DNA from: Candidatus Kapaibacterium sp.
Lineage (GTDB): Bacteria > Bacteroidota > Ignavibacteria > Kapaibacteriales > WFXC01
NCBI GenBank assembly: GCA_015490805.1
Contig: WFXC01000034.1
Location: 24,656-88,655, forward strand
Direction: 5' to 3'
Length of the DNA stretch: 64,000 nt
Shown in pieces: positions 57,655 through 64,000 of this stretch. Positions within the stretch are counted from its first letter, which is position 1, and each line of letters starts with the position of its first letter. The position numbers and the translations under genes were made by a program. Below the pieces are notes generated by a model. That model searched no databases. It saw nothing but the letters and a program-made list of their open reading frames with translations, and was not told the DNA's origin.

Positions 57655-59448
57655 ATGCACGCAGGCAATTTCGTTCTTCTGCTTCACGCTCACTTACCCT
57701 ATGTGCTGGGTCACGGCACATGGCCCCACGGAAGTGACTGGTTGTGTGAGGCAGTTGCTGAAAGCTACATCCCGTTGCTGAATCTTTGTTATGAGCTTTT
57801 AGAGGAGGACATTCTGCCGAACATTACCATCGACCTCTCCCCTGTGCTCTGTGAGCAACTCAGTGACGAGCAGTTTTCGGATCTGTTTGCTACCTACTGC
57901 TTGCAGTTTGCCGAAGCAGCACGGGAAGATGCTCGGTATTTTGAACAGAAGGTCGAGGAGAAACACTTCGCTCCCATAGCCCGATTCTGGGCAGAGTGGT
58001 ACGAGCAGCGATTGCAGGATTTTCAGGAGCGATACAAAGGCTCTATGCTTGGCGCGCTCCGCCAATTACAGGAACAGGGCGCTATTGAGATCCTGACCTG
58101 TGCTGCGACTCATCCCTATCTCCCGCTACTGGCGCTGGATGAGAGTATTGAATTTCAGCTTCGGACGGCAAAAGCAAATTATGTTCGACACTTCCAGATA
58201 GAGCCGCGGGGTATCTGGTTGCCAGAATGTGGCTATCGCCCATCGTATGCCTGGATGCCCTTTTTCCCTATCCCTGAATATCCTGAGCCTCAGGTGCGTC
58301 CGGGGTTGGAGCAATTCTTAGCACGACATCATCTGGATTTCTTTTTTGTCGATCAGCATATTACAGAGAAAGCGGTACCATTGGGGGTATTGCGCCCGGT
58401 GGATCATCACGTGGAATTGCTGTCGGTCCACAGTCCTGAGTATATTCACTTTCCCTACAATTTTGATCGCTCTCCTTTGAATCTCTACCACGTGTGCTCT
58501 ACTGGTGACATTCAAAGTGGTACCGCCGTGGCGTTTACCCGCCATCGGGACATTGCGTTGCAGGTATGGAGTGGTGAGATGGGTTATCCAGGCGATCCGG
58601 ATTATTTAGATTTCCATAAGCGGCATTATCGTTCCAACCTCCGATACTGGCGCGTGACCGATCCCAAGCTGGATATGATGTACAAGCAGCCGTATGTGCT
58701 GGAAAATGCTACTCGGAAAACAGATCTCCACGCTTATCACTTTAATCAGATGTTGGAACATACTGCCCGGTTCTATCACACCCAGACGAAGAAGTTTGCG
58801 ACGCTCTGCACGATGTTTGATGCAGAACTCTTCGGTCACTGGTGGTTCGAGGGTCCGCAGTTTCTGAAAAATGTTCTTCGAGGGCTTTCTCACTCTCCTT
58901 ACGTGCGGGTCACGAAAGCATCAGAGCAGATTGACTATGTTCAGCCGCACGAGGTGATGGCAATCCCTGAAGGTTCCTGGGGTGATGGAGGTGACCATCG
59001 AGTCTGGTTTAATGAGCAAACGCACTGGATGTGGTATGCTATCTATCAGGCAGAACACCACTTTCATCAGATGATGCAGGTAATAGAAACTTCAGATCCG
59101 CTACCGCTTCTGGAACGGATTCTCCGGCAGGCAGGACGTGAACTACTTCTTTTACAGGCTTCGGATTGGGAATTCCTGGTAACCACGCAGTCGGCTAAGG
59201 ATTACGCTGAACAGCGATTTTTTACTCATCATTCTAACTTTTTGCGATTGATGACCATGGCACAGGAGTACCGCGAGACCCGGCAGATTGCAGAATTCCA
59301 TCTGGAGTTTCTCACAGCGCTGGAGCGCTTGAATCGGGTGTTTCCTGACCTTTCTCTGCAGTGGTGGTCGCTGGAGAACCATTCTATGAACAGTGAGGAA
59401 CCCTCCTCTGCGAAGGCTTTTGATCAGGACAAGTCAGTCGATCGGTAA
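57655..59448 (+). CDS. glycoside hydrolase family 57 (1,4-alpha-glucan branching enzyme-type)
   Basis: 'FVLLLHAHLPYV' GH57 N-terminal motif and 'WLPECGY' catalytic region. 597 aa. Confidence 0.75.
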   Translation: MHAGNFVLLLHAHLPYVLGHGTWPHGSDWLCEAVAESYIPLLNLCYELLEEDILPNITIDLSPVLCEQLSDEQFSDLFATYCLQFAEAAREDARYFEQKVEEKHFAPIARFWAEWYEQRLQDFQERYKGSMLGALRQLQEQGAIEILTCAATHPYLPLLALDESIEFQLRTAKANYVRHFQIEPRGIWLPECGYRPSYAWMPFFPIPEYPEPQVRPGLEQFLARHHLDFFFVDQHITEKAVPLGVLRPVDHHVELLSVHSPEYIHFPYNFDRSPLNLYHVCSTGDIQSGTAVAFTRHRDIALQVWSGEMGYPGDPDYLDFHKRHYRSNLRYWRVTDPKLDMMYKQPYVLENATRKTDLHAYHFNQMLEHTARFYHTQTKKFATLCTMFDAELFGHWWFEGPQFLKNVLRGLSHSPYVRVTKASEQIDYVQPHEVMAIPEGSWGDGGDHRVWFNEQTHWMWYAIYQAEHHFHQMMQVIETSDPLPLLERILRQAGRELLLLQASDWEFLVTTQSAKDYAEQRFFTHHSNFLRLMTMAQEYRETRQIAEFHLEFLTALERLNRVFPDLSLQWWSLENHSMNSEEPSSAKAFDQDKSVDR

Positions 59449-59469
59449 GGGTAACTTAACGATCGATCC
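59438..59469. terminator. hairpin spanning the stops of convergent GH57 and nhaC-like genes
   Basis: GTCGATCGGTAAG-GGTAA-CTTAACGATCGATC; 11-bp arms with 1 mismatch. Confidence 0.35.
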
Positions 59470-61333
59470 GATATTCCGGTACAGGTTTTCCAAGCAGGCG
59501 AACAACTCCCAGCAGTATGACTGTCGCAATGCCAAGTGCTATCCACCAGGGAATGCCCATAGCTGTTGGCAGTAAGCCGAAGAAGATGGCGACAACGCCT
59601 GCTAATAAGGCGTAGGGAAGCTGCGTTCGAACGTGCTCGATGTGATCACAGCCAGAAGCTAAGGAGGATAAAATAGTTGTGTCTGAAATCGGTGAGCAGT
59701 GATCTCCCCAGACCGATCCTGCTAAGACACTCCCGACTGTTGCGTAAAAAATGCTGAGCGCAGTTGAGGTTCCCGTTAAGTGATACGCTTCAAGCACTGA
59801 CCACGTGAGTGGAATAACCAGCGGCATCAAAATTGCCATCACCCCCCAACTGGATCCGGTGGCAAAAGAAGCGAAAGCAGCCAGTACGAAGACGGCTGTG
59901 GGAAGCCATATTGGTTCAATGGTATCGCTGAGCAGCGAGGTAAGATAAGTCGCAGTGTGCAGAGTATGGTTAACTTCCGCTAAGCCCCAGGCAAGTACCA
60001 GAATCACAACGGCAACCATCATCTGCTGCACTCCTGCCATCCACGCTTTCATCGACTGAGTAATGGAAAAGTTGCGGAGCAATACTCCCATTGCAATGGC
60101 GGCAATGCAGCCTGCTATTGATGCCCAGAGCATAGCCTGATAAGAATTTGCACTGCCCAGAATCTGAGAAAGGGTATCTCCTGAGCCGGTAGTGAGTAAT
60201 CCCCAAAAAAGAACGCCAAGCAGGACTGCCAGAGGAATCAAAGCACTTGAGGCATAGTGTTTGTGAGTACTCGCTGATGAGTGTGCTGCGGCGGTCTCTC
60301 GATCTCCCGGAGCATCATATGCAGCCTGCTCCGCCTGCTGCCGGGCTTTGATTTCTGCTTTCCACATTGGTCCAATGTCCCGTCGCAACAGGATGAGGAT
60401 GAAAAGGAGCACCAACGCCAGAATAGGATAAAAACGGTAGGCTAAAGAGGCGATGAAAATTTCGTATCCTGACTGGTGGATCTCCGGAATCTTTGCGACA
60501 GCGTCCTGAATGAGTCCAATTTCAAACCCAATCCAGGTTGTCATAATCATCAGGCTGGCGACCGGTGCTGAGGTGGAATCCACCAGATAGGCTAATTTCT
60601 CGCGAGAAATTCGCAGACGATCTGTGATGGGACGCATCACGTTCCCAATGACCAAGGCGTTAGCGTAGTCATCGAAGAAAAAGAGAATACCCAGAAAGGA
60701 AGTGGTCAATTGCCCAGAAGTGGCTGATCTTGCGAATCGCCGGAATCGCTCAACTAATCCATAGGCTCCCCCATTTTTGGTGATGATTCCTACAAATCCA
60801 CCGATGAGCAGTGTAAAGAGAAGGACGGCTGCGTGGTCACTGTTCCCACTGGGCGGAGCAATGGCGTGGAGCGTAAAGCGACTGACGACATCCAGGACAC
60901 CAAGCCAGATGCCCTCAAAGGAAAAGGCGTGGAGTAACCACGCTCCTAGCCAGATCCCCGCGAAAAGGGAAAGGATAACCTGTCGGGTTGCCAAAGCTAA
61001 TCCGATGGCGAGGAGTGCTGGGAGGGTAGTGGTCCATCCGGGGAGGGTTGTGGTTTTTTGGATTGCAATAACGTCATTAAAAAACCGCACTTCTACCTCC
61101 GTCACACCACTCTCATCCAGCAATACCTGCCACACTAAGGTATCTCCCTGCAATCGTTGTTCTGCCCGCTTTCCCCCGACCCATACCTGTATCTCTGCTC
61201 CCTGCGCTGCCGAATCCAGCTTTACCACGCCTTTCAAAGGAATCCGGGTAAAACTCACCGGCGGCACCTGCAACTGCGGTGCCGCCCATCCGTAGGCAGG
61301 ACAAAAAAGGAGCAGAATCAGCAATAGCGCCAT
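59456..61333 (-). CDS. Na+/H+ antiporter NhaC-family transporter with ~100-aa N-terminal periplasmic extension
   Basis: Signal peptide, then a soluble segment (LKGVVKLDSAAQGAEIQVWVGG...), then a ~500-aa polytopic NhaC-like core. Confidence 0.65.
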   Translation of the reverse strand: MALLLILLLFCPAYGWAAPQLQVPPVSFTRIPLKGVVKLDSAAQGAEIQVWVGGKRAEQRLQGDTLVWQVLLDESGVTEVEVRFFNDVIAIQKTTTLPGWTTTLPALLAIGLALATRQVILSLFAGIWLGAWLLHAFSFEGIWLGVLDVVSRFTLHAIAPPSGNSDHAAVLLFTLLIGGFVGIITKNGGAYGLVERFRRFARSATSGQLTTSFLGILFFFDDYANALVIGNVMRPITDRLRISREKLAYLVDSTSAPVASLMIMTTWIGFEIGLIQDAVAKIPEIHQSGYEIFIASLAYRFYPILALVLLFILILLRRDIGPMWKAEIKARQQAEQAAYDAPGDRETAAAHSSASTHKHYASSALIPLAVLLGVLFWGLLTTGSGDTLSQILGSANSYQAMLWASIAGCIAAIAMGVLLRNFSITQSMKAWMAGVQQMMVAVVILVLAWGLAEVNHTLHTATYLTSLLSDTIEPIWLPTAVFVLAAFASFATGSSWGVMAILMPLVIPLTWSVLEAYHLTGTSTALSIFYATVGSVLAGSVWGDHCSPISDTTILSSLASGCDHIEHVRTQLPYALLAGVVAIFFGLLPTAMGIPWWIALGIATVILLGVVRLLGKPVPEYRIDR

Positions 61334-61352
61334 TGATCTGTTAAGCTATCGC

Positions 61353-63500
61353 CTATTCCTTCACAACCAGTTGGGATCCCACCTTTTGATCTCCCTGCCA
61401 TACCTGAAACACATAGACGCCAGAAGGCAGGTTCGGTAGTGTTAAACGATAGCGGTGCGCACCATAAGGCAGAATTCCCAAAGAATGCGTCGCTACAGTT
61501 CGTCCCTGCACATCATTGATTACGACTCGTGTCTCACCAGAGCGATGCAACCAGAAATCCGCGATTACCTGGTTTCTAACCGGGTTCGGGAAAATCCGCA
61601 ATTGAGCGAAGAAATCCGGAACTTCCTCTACAGCGGTCACCACCAATTCGTAATCTGAATCTTTGCGGGGTACCAGTTTATAATTACCGAAGCTGTAATA
61701 CATAATCCCCCGGAGAAAGGAAAACTTCGACCCAATAGGCGGAATTATCCGATCCGGCATATCCTTGTATGTCGTTAGAGAAGTGTTCCCATCATCGGTT
61801 TCAACCCGCATCCACGCTCTTGGATCCTGAGCACGGTCTAAGTCGGCAACTAAAAATTCTCCAAAGTTCCGACCACGCGCTTTATCAGCATTCGTATCAA
61901 CCACGACCACATTCCGGAATTCTATCAGCATACTCTCCCATTGCTCCGCCGGCAATTCCCCCGCACTTTTCATAGCAAAATCAGCAGTCGATAACACCAC
62001 GGGCGTCACCTCATTGCCGGAAGACAAAACCTCCACATTTTCATCAATATTGGTCAGGATTGTCACGCGAAACATTTCATCCACTTCCCCTGTAACGCGG
62101 ATCCGATCCCCCCGATGGACCCCTCGCAGCGGATGGTCTGGATTGGTTGTGTAAAGAAAAATACCCGAATAAGGAGCAGTGGAATCCTGAATGTAGATGC
62201 GCGGATTATTACGCCCCGGAATATCAGAGGTATCTGCAGTCACGACGCCTTCCAGCGTTACAACAAATCCTTCATATGCTGAATAACCACCGGGTAAAAT
62301 TGGCTCCCGAACATCAGCAATCCGAGCCGGGCGGTCCAGCACCCGATAATAATGGTAACCATCGGGTGGATAGTTAAACTCGTAGCCACTGGTGTCGGCG
62401 ATATGGCAAAAATACTGGACTAAGGTTTCAGCACTTTGCGGAGGAATCATCCCCACAAAAGTAGAATCATCCACCTGTGTAGCAGCCACTGTATCAAAAG
62501 TACTTCCCCCATCAGTGCTGTAAATAATCCAGGCGGTTGCCGGATCCAAAGGAGCATCTCCAGGATAGGCAATAAACTGCACAGGAACACTATCGCTGGG
62601 AGCAGGAAAAGCCAGGGTTTTGGGTCTTCCGGCCGAGGTAATCTGCGGTGGCGTGATCGATATTTCAACGTCCTCAGGATACACTGGCGTAATCATAAAG
62701 GATGCCGGCTCTCCACCGATGCGAGCAGAAGTAATAAAACCGCGCACCCGAGAAAGCCGTTGCCCAATTTTGAATCCCTCCCATTCTCGCAATGCCGGTT
62801 TTCGACCGCCAATGTCCTCTTTTTTCGTGAAATATGTGGATTGCGTTCGTAAATACATCTGATTTCCTTCGGCATCGGCAATAACATAATCATAGCGAGT
62901 TGCTGCTACGACAGTTACATCCGTCAATTCGACCAGCATTCCGGCATACCGCGATCCACTTTCATAATGAACTGTCTGGTTTCCAATTGGTCCTGTATAA
63001 AAGTCCGAAATCTGAACGTGGACAGGCGTACCAACCGGACGATCAGAATCCAGAAACTCCACCTGATTACCATCGGCTGTAATAACTTCCAGTTGCGTCA
63101 GTCCCTGCGGTCCCGGTGGATAGTTTGCGACCCGGCATAAAACCCGGATAACGTCACCCGGTCGAATGCGATCAAAAAAGGTGGAAGTAATTGTCGTGTC
63201 AAACTGGAGAATGTTAACACCAGCGTACTCCTGCAAACCTTCGGTCGTATCATACAAGAAGGAAACCCATCGATTTCCTGCCCACAGAATGACGGTACGA
63301 TTGTTCAGCGGATCCACCACTGGCGGCACCATTACTTTTCCTGTCACATAGACGGTATCCCCAAAGTAGGCAGAACGCAAACTGCCCACCTGCAATGAAT
63401 CCTGCGGAATGGTCATCAGTTCGTGAATACTCACTTCCGGATAATCCTGTGCCCATAACAGCACCGGCAACACGAAGAGCGTCACAAATACTCGCTTCAT
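61353..63500 (-). CDS. large secreted hypothetical protein with T9SS-type C-terminal sorting domain
   Basis: Signal peptide MKRVFVTLFVLPVLLWAQD. The C-terminal ~85 aa ('RIFPNPVRNQ...GVYVFQVW...LVVKE') match the Por_Secre_tail pattern. 715 aa. Confidence 0.6.
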   Translation of the reverse strand: MKRVFVTLFVLPVLLWAQDYPEVSIHELMTIPQDSLQVGSLRSAYFGDTVYVTGKVMVPPVVDPLNNRTVILWAGNRWVSFLYDTTEGLQEYAGVNILQFDTTITSTFFDRIRPGDVIRVLCRVANYPPGPQGLTQLEVITADGNQVEFLDSDRPVGTPVHVQISDFYTGPIGNQTVHYESGSRYAGMLVELTDVTVVAATRYDYVIADAEGNQMYLRTQSTYFTKKEDIGGRKPALREWEGFKIGQRLSRVRGFITSARIGGEPASFMITPVYPEDVEISITPPQITSAGRPKTLAFPAPSDSVPVQFIAYPGDAPLDPATAWIIYSTDGGSTFDTVAATQVDDSTFVGMIPPQSAETLVQYFCHIADTSGYEFNYPPDGYHYYRVLDRPARIADVREPILPGGYSAYEGFVVTLEGVVTADTSDIPGRNNPRIYIQDSTAPYSGIFLYTTNPDHPLRGVHRGDRIRVTGEVDEMFRVTILTNIDENVEVLSSGNEVTPVVLSTADFAMKSAGELPAEQWESMLIEFRNVVVVDTNADKARGRNFGEFLVADLDRAQDPRAWMRVETDDGNTSLTTYKDMPDRIIPPIGSKFSFLRGIMYYSFGNYKLVPRKDSDYELVVTAVEEVPDFFAQLRIFPNPVRNQVIADFWLHRSGETRVVINDVQGRTVATHSLGILPYGAHRYRLTLPNLPSGVYVFQVWQGDQKVGSQLVVKE

Positions 63501-63548
63501 TTACTGTTTCCTCTCACGATTGTGAAACATCATTTTATCACCGTTGTT

Positions 63549-64000
63549 TCATTTCACGATCAAAAACTTCCCATACCGCCGTATACCGGTATCCAGATCT
63601 CGAACAACAACGAAATATAAGCCAGTTGCCAGTTCCAGATCCCCTTCTGTAATTAGATCCCAGCAATGGAGACTCCCTGCCATCTGGAGCGGAATTTCTG
63701 CTGTGATACCGATCTGGGTCAGCCATTCCCCCATATCTGCCTGCTGCAATCCTGCTTGATGTTCCAGCCGTTTCACAAGATCACCCGAAGGAGCATAAAT
63801 CAAAATCTCTGCTCGCTGCGGAAGATTATAGAAACACAGTCGCTTTGCTCGCGGTGAAGAAAAAGACCGATCCCAGACCGCGGACAGATAATAGGGATTT
63901 GGGAAAATTCCGATTTCTTCCACCGTATCCAGTGCCACCGGTGGTTGTCCCGGAATGATCAACACCTCCGTAGCCAGGGTACTGGATTCCAGCGATGGTA
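63549..64000 (-). CDS. 3' end of another secreted protein with T9SS/FlgD-Ig-like C-terminal sorting domain (5' part beyond window end)
   Basis: C-terminus '...GIFPNPYY...GLYFVVVRDLDTGIRRYGKFLIVK'. A sorting domain alone cannot be a complete protein, so the ORF must continue upstream. Confidence 0.5.
   Translation of the reverse strand, partial: PSLESSTLATEVLIIPGQPPVALDTVEEIGIFPNPYYLSAVWDRSFSSPRAKRLCFYNLPQRAEILIYAPSGDLVKRLEHQAGLQQADMGEWLTQIGITAEIPLQMAGSLHCWDLITEGDLELATGLYFVVVRDLDTGIRRYGKFLIVK

Noticed and set aside
1-64000. CRISPR arrays, transposases/IS elements, toxin-antitoxin pairs, restriction-modification genes
   Set aside because: No short direct-repeat/spacer periodicity was seen in any intergenic region. 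No DDE/tyrosine-recombinase motifs, and no methyltransferase (DPPY/NPPY) or REase candidates were found among the ORFs.

Overview
This is a 64 kb chromosomal window from a bacterium most likely in the Fibrobacteres-Chlorobi-Bacteroidetes (FCB) group. Three proteins end in T9SS-type C-terminal sorting domains and one promoter-like motif is Bacteroidetes-style. Sequence GC content is roughly 50-55%. The window is densely coding and mostly housekeeping. Recognisable genes include gcvPB (5'-truncated), queD/folE, rnhB, pyrC, tRNA-Pro(GGG), nfi, miaA, pcm, cdaA, phoH, mpl, mnmA, purL, alaS and purD, plus a crotonase/3-hydroxyacyl-CoA dehydrogenase beta-oxidation block and a GH57 glucan branching enzyme. 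Accessory content includes: (i) a motA-motB operon whose third gene is a response regulator with a degenerate HD-GYP domain; (ii) a molybdoenzyme island (YdeP/FdhF-like oxidoreductase, FdhD, then coxG-coxS-coxL-coxM with the form-II 'AYRGAGR' signature); (iii) a small glycan island (Wzy/WaaL-like, GT2, GT4) just downstream of tRNA-Pro; (iv) a block of poorly characterised genes at 34.0-40.2 kb. That block comprises a DinG-like protein with an intact DEDDh exonuclease head but degenerate helicase ATPase motifs, a lysine-rich histone-H1-like protein with tandem 'DPEYR' repeats, a 4-TM membrane protein whose cytoplasmic domain carries a CARF/Card1-like 'VNISGGT' motif with no cas genes nearby, and a lipoprotein built from four tandem Cys-rich ~95-aa domains. 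A large outer-membrane protein fuses an HExxH peptidase-MA-like domain, a TolB-type propeller and an Omp85-like barrel. No CRISPR array, integrase or transposase was seen.
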